DNA of 64,000 nt from Escherichia coli (GCF_003334355.1 NZ_QOWP01000004.1); one strand, 5' to 3'. Positions 1 to 11,719 are shown, numbered from the stretch's first letter. Numbers and translations: made by a program. Notes: generated from the sequence alone by a model not told the origin.

Positions 1-125
1 TGTTCGTTAGTCCGAGAACTGGCACGATTGATAAAAAACCACAAGATGAGCCCGATAAGAAGAACCACCACCGATACAACCAAAGACGCAATGTTCATCA
101 CGCCTGAATTTACAACTTCGTTCAT
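1..125 (-). CDS. yebO: Small inner-membrane protein YebO, N-terminal part only (gene runs off the window start)
   Basis: Reverse-strand ATG at 123-125 translates MNEVVNSGVMNIASLVVSVVVLLIGLILWFFINRASSRTNE..., matching my recollection of YebO; truncated by window edge. Confidence 0.7.
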   Translation of the reverse strand, partial: MNEVVNSGVMNIASLVVSVVVLLIGLILWFFINRASSRTNE

Positions 126-199
126 TTCACCACCTCTGAGTAGAGGTGCTATTCTACCACTGCTGGAGAGGAAGAAAATCTAGTGCTGAAAAAATGATA

Positions 200-343
200 T
201 CACCACGGGATAAACTGGTTAATGGCACAAATTCCGCTGAAAAATTGTACATCCTGATCGCACATCATGTTGAATACCTGCGCCCAAAGCAGCAAGCAAG
301 CCAACACCACGACAACCAGAACGACCCATCGAAACTTTTTCAC
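200..343 (-). CDS. mgrB: MgrB, 47-aa membrane peptide, negative feedback regulator of PhoQ
   Basis: Reverse-strand frame reads (GTG)[46 protein letters not shown] then TGA; GTG start with GGAG about 9 nt upstream; not in supplied ORF track. Confidence 0.8.
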
Positions 344-501
344 TCCAATCTCCGCTTCACCTACCTTATGTCATTAAACTAGCATGCGTTAGTTAAACAG
401 CGCCTAACTATGTCGATATTCGTGCTTTTTCGGAATGAGTAGCTTGCTTCAGCGCATATTGCCGCTACGATTAAGCGAACATAAAAAGAGAAGAGGTTGT
501 A

Positions 502-741
502 ATGCGATTCATCATTCGCACAGTTATGCTGATAGCACTGGTATGGATAGGATTATTACTCAGCGGATATGGCGTTTTGATTGGAAGCAAAGAGAATGCC
601 GCAGGATTAGGTTTGCAATGTACCTATCTGACTGCCAGAGGCACCAGCACGGTACAATACTTGCACACTAAAAGTGGTTTCTTGGGGATAACAGATTGCC
701 CACTGTTACGTAAAAGCAATATCGTGGTCGATAATGGTTAA
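502..741 (+). CDS. yobH: YobH, 79-aa small protein of unknown function
   Basis: ATG ORF of 79 codons with AGAGG RBS; sits between mgrB and kdgR as expected. Confidence 0.8.
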   Translation: MRFIIRTVMLIALVWIGLLLSGYGVLIGSKENAAGLGLQCTYLTARGTSTVQYLHTKSGFLGITDCPLLRKSNIVVDNG

Positions 742-842
742 GGGTAATAAATAACCAGATTCTCACTCATGAGTAAAATATTCTTATAGCAAGCGCGTTT
801 AATATAACGCACCTTCAACTTTATTTTTCTCATGCTAAATAA

Positions 843-875
843 AGAACCTGTCTGTTTGATATTCCGACAGGTTCT
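843..875 (-). terminator. Candidate terminator hairpin downstream of kdgR
   Basis: Inverted repeat agaacctgtc...gacaggttct immediately 3-prime of the kdgR stop, followed by a T-rich run on the minus strand. Confidence 0.5.
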
Positions 876-883
876 TACTCTCA

Positions 884-1675
884 TCAGAACGGATAGTCGT
901 GATAACCCATTTGGGCAGAAATTTTGCGCGCTGCGGTATGCAACATTGCGACATATTCCTGTAAACGCTCTTCAGAGAAACGCAACGTCGGGAAGGAGAT
1001 GCTCAAACCGGCAATGACCACGCCAAAGCGATCAAATACCGGTACCGCAATGCATCGCAGCCCTTCTTCCTGCTCTTCGTTATCTTCGCCATACCCCTGC
1101 TCGCGCACCTGGTCCAGAACGGGTAATAACGCTTCTGTACTGGTGATGGTCCGCTCGGTACTGCGTTTATACTCCACGCCCTCAAGAATTTGCTTCACTT
1201 CATCGCGATCGCGCCATGCCAGCAGTACCTTACCAATCGCGGTGCTGTACAGCGGATTACGACGCCCAATCCGTGAATACATGCGCAAATTGTACATAGA
1301 GTCAATTTTGTGAATGTAAACAATACTGTCTTCGTCCAGTGCGCCGAGGTGGATAGTTTCTTTGGTCAGGCGGGAGATCTCACGCATCTGGATATCTGCG
1401 CTACGAATTAAATCGACGTTTTGTAACGCGCGAGCGCCCAGTTCAAACAATTTCAGGGTCAGGGAATATTTCTCCGACTCCCCTTCCTGCGCCACATAAC
1501 CTAAGGTTTTCATGGTCTGTAAAAAGCGATAAACGGTGCTTTTTGACATCATGACGCGCTGCGACAGCTCGGTTATCCCTATTTCGCGCTCTTCACCCAG
1601 CGCCTGCAAAATGCCAAAAACTTTTAGCACGGAAGATACAGAATCAGGCTGTTTATCCAGATCTGCGTTAGCCAT
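884..1675 (-). CDS. kdgR: KdgR, IclR-family transcriptional repressor of 2-keto-3-deoxygluconate catabolism
   Basis: 263-aa ORF, ATG start verified; IclR-type HTH near the N-terminus. Confidence 0.93.
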   Translation of the reverse strand: MANADLDKQPDSVSSVLKVFGILQALGEEREIGITELSQRVMMSKSTVYRFLQTMKTLGYVAQEGESEKYSLTLKLFELGARALQNVDLIRSADIQMREISRLTKETIHLGALDEDSIVYIHKIDSMYNLRMYSRIGRRNPLYSTAIGKVLLAWRDRDEVKQILEGVEYKRSTERTITSTEALLPVLDQVREQGYGEDNEEQEEGLRCIAVPVFDRFGVVIAGLSISFPTLRFSEERLQEYVAMLHTAARKISAQMGYHDYPF

Positions 1676-1851
1676 TTATCACCTCATTGCGAGTGTTTTA
1701 TAAAAATCAGAACTGTTTTTTATTATAATTTCGCACCAGGGTGGTCGCAATCCATCTTTTGCCGGTTAGTTACAATTCTGCGACATCCACCGTGAATATC
1801 AGTGCTAGAATCATACCCCTGTTGATTATTCACCAAAGATATAAAATTCCT

Positions 1852-3225
1852 ATGCCAAAAGTTCAGGCCGACGGCCTGCCATTGCCCCAGCGATACGGTG
1901 CGATATTAACCATTGTGATTGGTATTTCGATGGCTGTCCTTGACGGCGCAATCGCCAACGTCGCCCTGCCAACAATCGCCACAGACCTTCATGCCACGCC
2001 AGCCAGTTCCATCTGGGTAGTGAACGCCTATCAAATCGCCATTGTCATCTCCCTGCTCTCGTTTTCGTTTCTGGGCGATATGTTTGGCTATCGACGTATT
2101 TATAAATGCGGTCTGGTCGTTTTTCTGTTGTCTTCACTGTTCTGCGCCCTTTCTGATTCGCTGCAAATGCTCACCCTTGCGCGTGTCATACAAGGTTTCG
2201 GCGGTGCAGCGTTGATGAGCGTTAATACCGCACTTATCCGCCTGATCTATCCACAACGTTTTCTGGGGAGAGGGATGGGCATAAACTCGTTTATTGTTGC
2301 CGTCTCTTCTGCTGCCGGGCCGACAATTGCTGCAGCAATCCTCTCCATCGCATCCTGGAAATGGTTATTTTTAATCAACGTACCGTTAGGTATTATCGCC
2401 CTGCTTCTGGCGATGCGTTTTCTGCCACCCAATGGTTCTCGCGCCAGTAAACCCCGTTTCGACCTGCCCAGCGCCGTGATGAACGCGTTAACCTTCGGCC
2501 TGCTTATCACTGCGTTGAGTGGTTTCGCTCAGGGGCAATCGCTGACGTTAATTGCTGCGGAACTGGTGGTAATGGTTGTTGTTGGTATTTTCTTTATTCG
2601 CCGCCAGCTTTCTCTTCCCGTACCGCTGCTACCGGTGGATTTACTGCGTATCCCGCTGTTTTCACTTTCTATTTGCACATCTGTTTGCTCTTTCTGCGCA
2701 CAAATGCTGGCAATGGTTTCCCTGCCCTTTTACCTGCAAACCGTGCTCGGGCGTAGTGAAGTCGAAACAGGTTTACTTCTGACACCGTGGCCGTTAGCAA
2801 CGATGGTGATGGCTCCGTTGGCAGGCTATTTGATTGAACGCGTACATGCAGGATTGCTGGGTGCTCTAGGGTTGTTCATCATGGCTGCGGGGCTTTTTTC
2901 CCTGGTTCTGCTGCCCGCGTCACCTGCGGATATCAATATTATCTGGCCGATGATCTTATGTGGCGCTGGATTTGGCTTGTTCCAGTCACCCAATAACCAC
3001 ACCATTATTACCTCCGCTCCTCGCGAACGTAGCGGTGGAGCCAGTGGCATGTTAGGAACGGCTCGTCTACTGGGTCAGAGTAGCGGCGCGGCACTGGTGG
3101 CGCTGATGCTAAATCAGTTCGGTGATAATGGTACGCACGTTTCGCTGATGGCTGCGGCTATTCTGGCAGTGATTGCTGCCTGTGTCAGTGGTTTACGTAT
3201 CACTCAGCCACGATCCAGGGCATAA
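1852..3225 (+). CDS. yebQ: YebQ, MFS-family efflux transporter
   Basis: ORF track starts at 1741; ATG at 1852 gives the 457-aa product beginning MPKVQADGLPLPQRYG; multi-TM hydrophobic protein. Confidence 0.88.
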   Translation: MPKVQADGLPLPQRYGAILTIVIGISMAVLDGAIANVALPTIATDLHATPASSIWVVNAYQIAIVISLLSFSFLGDMFGYRRIYKCGLVVFLLSSLFCALSDSLQMLTLARVIQGFGGAALMSVNTALIRLIYPQRFLGRGMGINSFIVAVSSAAGPTIAAAILSIASWKWLFLINVPLGIIALLLAMRFLPPNGSRASKPRFDLPSAVMNALTFGLLITALSGFAQGQSLTLIAAELVVMVVVGIFFIRRQLSLPVPLLPVDLLRIPLFSLSICTSVCSFCAQMLAMVSLPFYLQTVLGRSEVETGLLLTPWPLATMVMAPLAGYLIERVHAGLLGALGLFIMAAGLFSLVLLPASPADINIIWPMILCGAGFGLFQSPNNHTIITSAPRERSGGASGMLGTARLLGQSSGAALVALMLNQFGDNGTHVSLMAAAILAVIAACVSGLRITQPRSRA

Positions 3226-3255
3226 AAAAAGCGCGTCGATCAGGACGCGCTTTTT
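3224..3255. terminator. Bidirectional rho-independent terminator between convergent yebQ and htpX
   Basis: aaaaaaa-gcgcgtc-gatcag-gacgcgc-ttttt: GC stem flanked by an A-run and a T-run. Confidence 0.7.
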
Positions 3256-3270
3256 AGTATTTACTTCATA

Positions 3271-4152
3271 TTACTTCAGGTATTCACCCGTACGCAGAGC
3301 TTCAATTCGTTTATCCAGCGGCGGGTGAGTCATGAACAACTCACTGAGCGATTTCGACTTACCGTTAATGCAGAAAGCCATCATGCTGGTTGCTTCTTGC
3401 GGTTCATAGCTGGTTTTCAGGCGCTGCAGCGCGGCAATCATTTTCTCGCGACCAACCAGTTTTGCCGAACCGGCATCAGCATGGAATTCACGATGACGCG
3501 AGAACCACATGGTGATAATGCTCGCCAGAATACCAAACACCAGTTCCAGAACCGTTGCAACCGCAAAGTAGATCAGCGGGTTGCCGTTGCTCTCTTCACC
3601 TTCATCACGATTTCCGCCCATAAAACCCGCGGCAAGCTGCGCCAGAATACGGGAAATAAAGATAACGAAGGTGTTCACCACGCCCTGAATCAGCGTCATG
3701 GTAACCATATCACCATTGGCGATGTGGCTGATTTCGTGAGCAATTACCGCCTCGGCTTCATCCGGGCTCATGTTCTGCAGCAAACCGGTGCTGACAGCAA
3801 CCAGAGAGGCATCACGGCGCGCACCGGTTGCAAAAGCGTTGATGTCCGGCGCATGGTAGATAGCCACTTGCGGCATAGCGATCCCTGCCTGACGAGCCTG
3901 GGTTGCTACAGTATTGACCAGCCAACGTTCCCTTTCGTTACGCGGTTGCTCGATCACTTCCCCGCCAACAGATCGTAATGCCATCCATTTGGACATCAGA
4001 AGCGAAACGAAGGAACCACCAAAACCGAACAGCAAGGCCATGATCATCAGCCCCTGAACGCTGCTCGACTGTATCCCTGTCAGGCTCAGTACCAGCCCGA
4101 AAACGACCATTACGGCCAGGTTCGTTAGCAGGAAGAGCGCGATTCGCATCAT
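3271..4152 (-). CDS. htpX: HtpX, heat-shock zinc metalloprotease (M48)
   Basis: 293-aa ORF, ATG start; HEISH zinc-binding motif present ([11 protein letters not shown]). Confidence 0.95.
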
Positions 4153-4343
4153 AATTTTCTTTTTACCTCAGTTTAACAAAACGCAATATGCGATACCCAC
4201 ATCGTATGGGTTACGCGACTATTTTCAAGTCTGGATAGTGCGTAAGTCACCAGAAAGACACAACTTTACATTTTGTAGCATCTGATTTACGGCATCTTGC
4301 CGCTGTTAAAAAATCAGGCACAATTTCTTGTGCCTGATTGATA

Positions 4344-6392
4344 TTACTTGACGGGAGCGGGTTGTTCCGCGGGTCTGGCTTTTTCAAGCTTCGCCAGATC
4401 GAGTGCGATATTCACCGTCTCATCCAGATAAGGATCCGGCTCCTGGTAATCTTTCGGTAGATCATCCAGCTTCTTCAACTCCGGTTTACCTTCGCGTTTA
4501 AAGCGTTCGTTCAAACGCGCCAGACGCGTCGCATCATCTTCATTATTCTCTTTCTCACGCACAGCGTAGTTCAGAGAAACGATATTGCGCTTGTCCTTCA
4601 TAGCGTTGAAGCGCGCGATATCCTTCATGATGTTCTGGAACTCAGGATCTTTCGCGATACGCGCATTATGTTCCTTCAGCAGCTCCGGCCCAAAGGCCGT
4701 TAAATCGCCTGATTTCACATAAGTCGCGGCATCAATGCTATCCCACGGCAGCGCGTTATCTTCGAATTTCTCACCCGTTTCCGTTTCTTCATTACCCGTC
4801 GGCATGATGATGTCTGGCGTTACGCCTTTACGTTGCGTACTGCCGCCGTTAACGCGATAGAATTTCTGGATCGTGTACTGCACAGAACCCAGCGCTGGCC
4901 ATTCAGGACGTAACATCTGATCGTAAATACGGTTCAATGAACGGTATTGCTGAACGGTGCCTTTACCAAACGTCGGTTCACCCACAACCAGCGCACGACC
5001 GTAATCCTGCATTGCCGCGGCAAAGATTTCTGAAGCCGAAGCACTGAAACGGTCAACCAGTACCACCAGCGGGCCTTTATAGAACACCTGCCCGTCGGTA
5101 TCGCTGTCTTCACGAACCTTGCCGTTGTTATCGCGGACCTGAACAATGGGACCCGCAGGAATAAACAGACCTGAGAGCGATACCGCTTCGGTCAACGCCC
5201 CACCGCCATTGCTACGCAGGTCGATGATCACACTGCTGACATTCTGTTTTTCCAGTTTCTGCAGTTGAACTTTGACATCGTCTGTCAAACCCACATAGAA
5301 GCCCGGAATATCCAGCACGCCGACTTTCTCTTTACCGACGGTCTTCACCGACATTTTAACCGCGCGGTCTTCGAGACGAATACGTTCACGGGTCAATGTT
5401 ACAGTGCGGGTCTTGGTCCCTTTACCAGCAGGTAAAATTTCCAGACGAACTTTACTGCCCTTCGGCCCTTTAATTAAGGCAACCACATCATCAAGACGCC
5501 AGCCAATCACGTCAACCATCGGCTTGCCTGTTTGACCAACACCGACAATTTTGTCACCAACGCTGATAGCTTTACTCTTCGCTGCCGGACCACCTGCCAC
5601 CATCGAATTGATAACGGTGTAGTCATCATCCATTTGCAGCACTGCGCCAATACCTTCCAGCGACAAACTCATTTCAGTGTTGAACTGTTCGGTATTACGC
5701 GGGGAAAGATAGTTGGTATGCGGGTCGATTTCACGCGCAAACGCCGTCATTGCCAGCGAGAAAACATCTTCGCTGTTGGTTTGCGCCAGACGACGAATGG
5801 CAAATTTGTAGCGGCGTGTCAGGGTTTCACGAATTTCTTTATCCGTTTTTCCTGCCAGCTTCAGGCTTAACTCGTCGAATTTGACTTTACTGTCCCACAG
5901 CGCGTTCAACTCAGCCTCGTTTTTCGGCCAGGGCGCTTTGCTGCGGTCAAGGTTATAAGTGTCGTTGCCGGTGAAATCCATCGGCTTTTCCAGTACCGAC
6001 AAAGCGTACTGGTAACGTTCAAAACGGCGCTTTTGCGCCAGATTGTAGAGATCGTAGAAAACGTCGAGTTTGCCTGAACGCAATTCATCGCCTAACTCGG
6101 TTTTCTTTTTCGCGAACTGTTCAACATCGCTTGCCAGCAGCACATTGTGGCTGTAATCGAGCAGATTCAGGTAGCGGTCAAAGATTTTGGCCGAAAATGC
6201 CTGATCGAGGTCGAACTGGCGATAATGAGAACGGGTGAAGCGCGACGTTACGCGCTCACTTACCGTCGCATGCTGCGTCTCTTCCTTTAATACCGGAATT
6301 TGATCAGCACGCGTGATATCTTCTACAGCGAAGGTCTGGCCTGCTATTGCAAGCAGGCCAGCTAACGCGGTAAGCCTAAAAAACATGTTCAT
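4344..6392 (-). CDS. prc: Prc (Tsp), periplasmic tail-specific protease
   Basis: ORF track extends to 6440; ATG at 6392 gives 682 aa starting MNMFFRLTALAGLLAIAGQTFA (signal peptide). Confidence 0.93.
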   Translation of the reverse strand: MNMFFRLTALAGLLAIAGQTFAVEDITRADQIPVLKEETQHATVSERVTSRFTRSHYRQFDLDQAFSAKIFDRYLNLLDYSHNVLLASDVEQFAKKKTELGDELRSGKLDVFYDLYNLAQKRRFERYQYALSVLEKPMDFTGNDTYNLDRSKAPWPKNEAELNALWDSKVKFDELSLKLAGKTDKEIRETLTRRYKFAIRRLAQTNSEDVFSLAMTAFAREIDPHTNYLSPRNTEQFNTEMSLSLEGIGAVLQMDDDYTVINSMVAGGPAAKSKAISVGDKIVGVGQTGKPMVDVIGWRLDDVVALIKGPKGSKVRLEILPAGKGTKTRTVTLTRERIRLEDRAVKMSVKTVGKEKVGVLDIPGFYVGLTDDVKVQLQKLEKQNVSSVIIDLRSNGGGALTEAVSLSGLFIPAGPIVQVRDNNGKVREDSDTDGQVFYKGPLVVLVDRFSASASEIFAAAMQDYGRALVVGEPTFGKGTVQQYRSLNRIYDQMLRPEWPALGSVQYTIQKFYRVNGGSTQRKGVTPDIIMPTGNEETETGEKFEDNALPWDSIDAATYVKSGDLTAFGPELLKEHNARIAKDPEFQNIMKDIARFNAMKDKRNIVSLNYAVREKENNEDDATRLARLNERFKREGKPELKKLDDLPKDYQEPDPYLDETVNIALDLAKLEKARPAEQPAPVK

Positions 6393-6411
6393 GCCTGGCC
6401 CGGCCTCCGTT

Positions 6412-7110
6412 TCAGAACACCAGGTGTTCTGCGCGCACAATCAAAGACATACCCGAATTCAGCTGGACGCGGACGCCGTCTTTGGTGATTTCTAATACGG
6501 TGGCATCCATCGCGTTTTGACCCGCTTTCACCTTAAGGGCTTGTCCAACAGTCAGAGCTGAAATGTCAGAAACCGGGGTGTGCTGTTCTTCGCGAGGTGC
6601 TTTTACTGTTTTTGGCGCTTTCTCTACCGGCTTTTGCGCACGAGGTTTACGTTCAGCGCCTTCTTTGCGGCGTGGCGTGGTCGGACGTGGCTTGCGTTCG
6701 CGGCGCGGTGCGTCTTCTTTCTCACCAGCAGCTGCGGCAGCTTCGCGTTTTTTCGCTTGCTGTTCAGCACGCTGTGCCTGAACACGCGCTTTCGCTTCTT
6801 CAAGCTGCTTGCGAGCATGCTCTACATGTTGCTCGTCCAGCTCACCGCATGGGTTGCCGTCAAGATCGACACGCGTTGCGCCGGGTTTAACACCGTAAAG
6901 ATAACGCCAGCTCGAAGTGTAGAGACGTAAAGCGGATCGTAATTGCGTTTTGCTCAGGTTCATTTCCCCGGCAACACGATCGACCAAATCCTGAAAAATA
7001 CCGATTTTCAGCGGACGCGCTTCACCTTCCGCACTGAAACAGTGGGGAAAACGTTCGGCCAGAAACGCGATTACTTCTTTACTGCTATTCAACTTAGGTT
7101 GATTTTCCAT
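6412..7110 (-). CDS. proQ: ProQ, RNA chaperone
   Basis: 232-aa ORF, ATG start; Lys/Arg/Ala-rich linker; 19-bp gap to prc start suggests co-transcription. Confidence 0.93.
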
Positions 7111-7206
7111 GAAATTTCCTGATTACAACGGACGTAGCCAACAAGCGCAGGCATGAACAGGCGTCATTATAATGACGCTACCAGTAAATGCTACGTTATC
7201 CGTTGA

Positions 7207-7704
7207 TTATCCTGCGACGCTCGCAAAGAATTTTTTGTAATCCGTCGTTGCAAGCACTTTTTCAAGCTGTGCCACAAGCTGACGTAAGCCTTGCTCGTCC
7301 TCGTCTGTAAAGCGACCGAAGACGGTACTATCGATGTCAAGAACACCAATAATCTGATTTTTCACCACCAGCGGCAGAACAATTTCAGAATTACTCGCCG
7401 CATCACAGGCAATATGCCCGTCAAACGCGTGAACATCCTCGATACGCTGCACTTGATTGCGGGCAACCGCAGTGCCGCACACCCCGCGCCCGACGGGTAT
7501 CCGGACACAGGCAATTTTGCCCTGAAATGGTCCGAGTACCAGTGTATCGTCCTCAAGCAAATAAAAACCTGCCCAGTTTACGTCAGTGAGACGCTCGTAT
7601 AACAACGCACTGGTGTTCGCAAGCGTTGCCAGAAAACTGGTTTCTCCCGCCATCAGCGCGTTAAAGTCGCGATTTAAATCCGCGTAAAATTCTGTTTTGT
7701 TCAT
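7207..7704 (-). CDS. msrC: MsrC (YebR), free methionine-(R)-sulfoxide reductase, GAF domain
   Basis: ATG at 7704 gives 165 aa starting MNKTEFYADLNRDF; ORF track extended upstream. Confidence 0.85.
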   Translation of the reverse strand: MNKTEFYADLNRDFNALMAGETSFLATLANTSALLYERLTDVNWAGFYLLEDDTLVLGPFQGKIACVRIPVGRGVCGTAVARNQVQRIEDVHAFDGHIACDAASNSEIVLPLVVKNQIIGVLDIDSTVFGRFTDEDEQGLRQLVAQLEKVLATTDYKKFFASVAG

Positions 7705-7833
7705 TATATAATCACTTGTTTGTCTTACCTGGAACTGCCAGCCTATTAAAATAAGCATTAAATGCGTTAATGCTCAAGATCATTCCCATCATGGGTTAAG
7801 ATTAATGTTAATTCTTATTACATTTGGCACGTC

Positions 7834-9117
7834 ATGGCTCTTAACACACCACAAATTACGCCGACAAAAAAGATAACAGTGAGGGCAATCGGCGAGGAAC
7901 TGCCGCGTGGTGATTACCAACGTTGCCCGCAATGTGACATGCTGTTTAGCCTGCCCGAGATAAATTCTCATCAGAGTGCCTATTGTCCGCGCTGTCAGGC
8001 AAAAATTCGCGACGGGCGCGACTGGTCGCTAACGCGCCTGGCGGCAATGGCTTTCACCATGCTGTTGCTGATGCCGTTTGCCTGGGGCGAACCGCTGTTG
8101 CATATCTGGCTGTTAGGTATTCGTATCGACGCCAACGTCATGCAAGGCATCTGGCAAATGACCAAACAGGGCGATACGATAACGGGGGCGATGGTCTTTT
8201 TCTGCGTTATTGGTGCCCCCCTCATTCTGGTGTCCTCCATAGCATATTTATGGTTTGGTAACCGACTGGGAATGAATTTACGTCCGGTACTGCTGATGCT
8301 TGAGCGACTTAAAGAGTGGGTAATGCTGGATATCTACCTGGTCGGCATTGGCGTTGCTTCTATAAAGGTACAGGATTATGCCCATATCCAGGCGGGTGTC
8401 GGCTTGTTCTCTTTTGTGGCGTTGGTGATTTTAACGACGGTGACGTTGTCACATCTTAATGTCGAGGAGCTGTGGGAGCGATTTTATCCGCAGCGCCCCG
8501 CTACGCGTAGGGACGAGAAACTTCGTGTCTGTCTTGGGTGCCATTTTACCGGCTATCCTGATCAGCGTGGTCGCTGCCCGCGTTGCCATATCCCGCTACG
8601 CCTGCGTCGCCGTCATAGTTTGCAAAAATGCTGGGCGGCGCTGTTAGCGTCAATCGTTTTGTTGTTACCTGCCAACCTGTTGCCTATTTCTATCATTTAT
8701 CTGAACGGAGGACGGCAGGAAGATACAATTCTTTCCGGAATTATGTCGCTGGCAAGTAGCAACATTGCGGTTGCGGGAATCGTGTTTATCGCCAGTATTC
8801 TGGTACCGTTTACTAAAGTGATCGTCATGTTCACTTTACTGTTGAGCATTCATTTTAAATGCCAGCAAGGTTTACGCACACGCATTCTGTTACTGCGGAT
8901 GGTGACCTGGATTGGTCGCTGGTCGATGCTCGACCTGTTTGTCATATCTTTAACCATGTCGCTGATTAATCGCGATCAGATCCTCGCTTTTACTATGGGA
9001 CCGGCTGCGTTTTATTTTGGCGCAGCCGTAATTTTGACTATTCTTGCTGTGGAATGGCTGGACAGCCGCTTACTTTGGGATGCACATGAGTCAGGAAACG
9101 CCCGCTTCGACAACTGA
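7834..9117 (+). CDS. yebS: LetA (YebS), PqiA-family inner membrane protein
   Basis: 427-aa ORF, ATG start; two CxxC zinc-ribbon-like pairs and multi-TM repeats typical of PqiA/LetA. Confidence 0.9.
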   Translation: MALNTPQITPTKKITVRAIGEELPRGDYQRCPQCDMLFSLPEINSHQSAYCPRCQAKIRDGRDWSLTRLAAMAFTMLLLMPFAWGEPLLHIWLLGIRIDANVMQGIWQMTKQGDTITGAMVFFCVIGAPLILVSSIAYLWFGNRLGMNLRPVLLMLERLKEWVMLDIYLVGIGVASIKVQDYAHIQAGVGLFSFVALVILTTVTLSHLNVEELWERFYPQRPATRRDEKLRVCLGCHFTGYPDQRGRCPRCHIPLRLRRRHSLQKCWAALLASIVLLLPANLLPISIIYLNGGRQEDTILSGIMSLASSNIAVAGIVFIASILVPFTKVIVMFTLLLSIHFKCQQGLRTRILLLRMVTWIGRWSMLDLFVISLTMSLINRDQILAFTMGPAAFYFGAAVILTILAVEWLDSRLLWDAHESGNARFDN

Positions 9118-11719
9118 AGCGCAGATTAAAAATAAACGCCGTATCTCACCTTTCTGGCTGCTGCCTTTCATCGCGCTAATGATTGCCGGTTGGCTGATTT
9201 GGGACAGTTATCAGGACCGGGGTAATACCGTCACCATCGACTTTATGTCGGCGGATGGTATTGTTCCGGGCCGTACGCCTGTTCGTTATCAGGGCGTTGA
9301 AGTCGGAACAGTGCAGGATATCAGCCTCAGCGACGATCTTCGTAAGATTGAAGTCAAGGTCAGCATCAAGTCCGATATGAAAGATGCGCTGCGCGAAGAG
9401 ACTCAGTTCTGGCTGGTGACGCCAAAAGCATCGTTGGCAGGTGTCTCCGGGCTGGACGCCCTCGTCGGTGGTAACTATATCGGCATGATGCCGGGTAAAG
9501 GTAAAGAGCAGGATCACTTTGTCGCACTCGATACCCAACCGAAATATCGGCTGGACAATGGCGATCTGATGATCCACCTGCAAGCCCCCGATCTCGGTTC
9601 GCTGAACAGCGGTTCATTGGTCTATTTCCGCAAGATCCCGGTGGGAAAAGTCTACGACTATGCCATCAATCCCAACAAGCAAGGCGTGGTGATTGATGTC
9701 CTGATCGAGCGGCGTTTTACCGACCTGGTGAAAAAAGGTAGCCGTTTCTGGAACGTTTCCGGCGTTGATGCCAACGTCAGTATCAGTGGCGCGAAGGTGA
9801 AACTGGAAAGTCTGGCGGCACTGGTTAACGGTGCGATTGCCTTCGATTCACCAGAAGAGTCGAAACCTGCCGAGGCGGAAGATACCTTTGGTCTGTATGA
9901 AGATCTGGCCCACAGCCAGCGTGGCGTAATAATAAAACTGGAACTGCCGAGTGGGGCAGGATTAACCGCCGACTCGACGCCGTTAATGTATCAGGGGCTG
10001 GAAGTCGGACAGCTGACTAAACTGGATTTAAATCCTGGTGGTAAAGTCACCGGAGAAATGACCGTTGATCCCAGCGTCGTTACGCTGTTACGGGAAAATA
10101 CCCGCATCGAATTACGCAACCCGAAATTATCCCTTAGCGATGCCAATCTCAGCGCCCTGCTGACTGGCAAAACCTTCGAGTTGGTACCCGGCGATGGCGA
10201 GCCACGCAAAGAGTTCGTTGTTGTGCCAGGCGAAAAAGCACTGCTGCATGAACCTGATGTTCTGACGCTGACCCTGACCGCACCGGAAAGTTACGGTATT
10301 GATGCGGGTCAGCCGCTCATTCTTCACGGCGTGCAGGTAGGCCAGGTTATTGATCGTAAACTCACCAGCAAAGGCGTTACCTTTACCGTCGCCATTGAGC
10401 CTCAGCATCGAGAACTGGTAAAAGGCGATAGCAAATTTGTCGTCAACAGCCGTGTCGACGTGAAGGTGGGGCTGGATGGCGTTGAGTTTCTCGGTGCCAG
10501 CGCCTCAGAATGGATTAACGGCGGGATACGTATTCTGCCGGGCGATAAAGGCGAGATGAAAGCCAGCTATCCACTGTATGCCAATCTGGAAAAAGCGCTG
10601 GAGAACAGCCTTAGCGATTTACCCACCACAACCGTGAGTTTGAGTGCAGAGACGCTGCCGGATGTGCAGGCAGGATCGGTAGTGCTGTACCGTAAATTTG
10701 AAGTTGGTGAAGTGATTACCGTGCGTCCGCGAGCTAACGCGTTTGATATCGATCTGCATATTAAGCCGGAGTATCGCAACCTTCTGACCAGCAATAGCGT
10801 GTTCTGGGCAGAAGGCGGGGCGAAAGTTCAGCTGAATGGTAGTGGTCTGACCGTACAGGCATCCCCGCTCTCCAGAGCATTAAAGGGAGCCATTAGCTTC
10901 GACAACCTCAGCGGTGCCAGCGCCAGTCAGCGTAAAGGCGATAAGCGTATTCTGTATGCTTCCGAAACAGCGGCCCGTGCGGTTGGCGGGCAGATTACGC
11001 TTCACGCTTTCGATGCCGGAAAACTGGCGGTCGGGATGCCAATTCGCTATCTCGGTATTGATATCGGGCAAATCCAGACGCTGGATCTGATTACCGCACG
11101 CAATGAAGTACAGGCAAAGGCGGTACTTTACCCGGAATATGTCCAGACCTTTGCTCGCGGTGGTACGCGCTTCTCAGTGGTCACACCGCAAATTTCGGCA
11201 GCTGGCGTTGAGCATCTTGATACTATCCTCCAGCCGTATATCAACGTCGAACCAGGCCGGGGCAATCCTCGCCGCGACTTTGAATTACAAGAGGCCACCA
11301 TTACTGATTCGCGTTACCTGGATGGCTTAAGCATTATTGTTGAAGCGCCGGAAGCCGGTTCGTTAGGTATTGGTACGCCTGTGCTGTTCCGTGGTCTGGA
11401 AGTAGGTACGGTTACCGGAATGACGCTGGGGACATTGTCAGATCGCGTGATGATTGCGATGCGCATCAGTAAACGCGATCAACACCTGGTGCGTAACAAT
11501 TCCGTCTTCTGGTTGGCATCGGGTTACAGTCTGGACTTTGGTCTGACGGGCGGCGTAGTGAAAACCGGCACCTTTAACCAGTTTATCCGTGGCGGCATCG
11601 CCTTCGCCACGCCTCCAGGTACGCCACTGGCACCGAAAGCCCAGGAAGGCAAGCACTTCCTGTTGCAGGAAAGTGAACCGAAAGAGTGGCGTGAATGGGG
11701 TACTGCGCTTCCCAAATAA
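9086..11719 (+). CDS. yebT: LetB (YebT), multi-MCE-domain periplasm-spanning lipid transport protein
   Basis: ATG at 9086 gives 877 aa starting [10 protein letters not shown]; internally repetitive MCE-like segments; overlaps yebS by 32 nt. Confidence 0.9.
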   Translation: MSQETPASTTEAQIKNKRRISPFWLLPFIALMIAGWLIWDSYQDRGNTVTIDFMSADGIVPGRTPVRYQGVEVGTVQDISLSDDLRKIEVKVSIKSDMKDALREETQFWLVTPKASLAGVSGLDALVGGNYIGMMPGKGKEQDHFVALDTQPKYRLDNGDLMIHLQAPDLGSLNSGSLVYFRKIPVGKVYDYAINPNKQGVVIDVLIERRFTDLVKKGSRFWNVSGVDANVSISGAKVKLESLAALVNGAIAFDSPEESKPAEAEDTFGLYEDLAHSQRGVIIKLELPSGAGLTADSTPLMYQGLEVGQLTKLDLNPGGKVTGEMTVDPSVVTLLRENTRIELRNPKLSLSDANLSALLTGKTFELVPGDGEPRKEFVVVPGEKALLHEPDVLTLTLTAPESYGIDAGQPLILHGVQVGQVIDRKLTSKGVTFTVAIEPQHRELVKGDSKFVVNSRVDVKVGLDGVEFLGASASEWINGGIRILPGDKGEMKASYPLYANLEKALENSLSDLPTTTVSLSAETLPDVQAGSVVLYRKFEVGEVITVRPRANAFDIDLHIKPEYRNLLTSNSVFWAEGGAKVQLNGSGLTVQASPLSRALKGAISFDNLSGASASQRKGDKRILYASETAARAVGGQITLHAFDAGKLAVGMPIRYLGIDIGQIQTLDLITARNEVQAKAVLYPEYVQTFARGGTRFSVVTPQISAAGVEHLDTILQPYINVEPGRGNPRRDFELQEATITDSRYLDGLSIIVEAPEAGSLGIGTPVLFRGLEVGTVTGMTLGTLSDRVMIAMRISKRDQHLVRNNSVFWLASGYSLDFGLTGGVVKTGTFNQFIRGGIAFATPPGTPLAPKAQEGKHFLLQESEPKEWREWGTALPK

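Noticed and set aside
146-382. 78-aa plus-strand ORF (non-ATG start)
   Set aside because: Antisense to mgrB, whose minus-strand frame matches the known MgrB peptide.
435-671. 78-aa plus-strand ORF overlapping yobH in another frame
   Set aside because: yobH (502..741) has the ATG start and good RBS and matches the expected 79-aa product; the alternative frame is Arg/His/Cys-rich.
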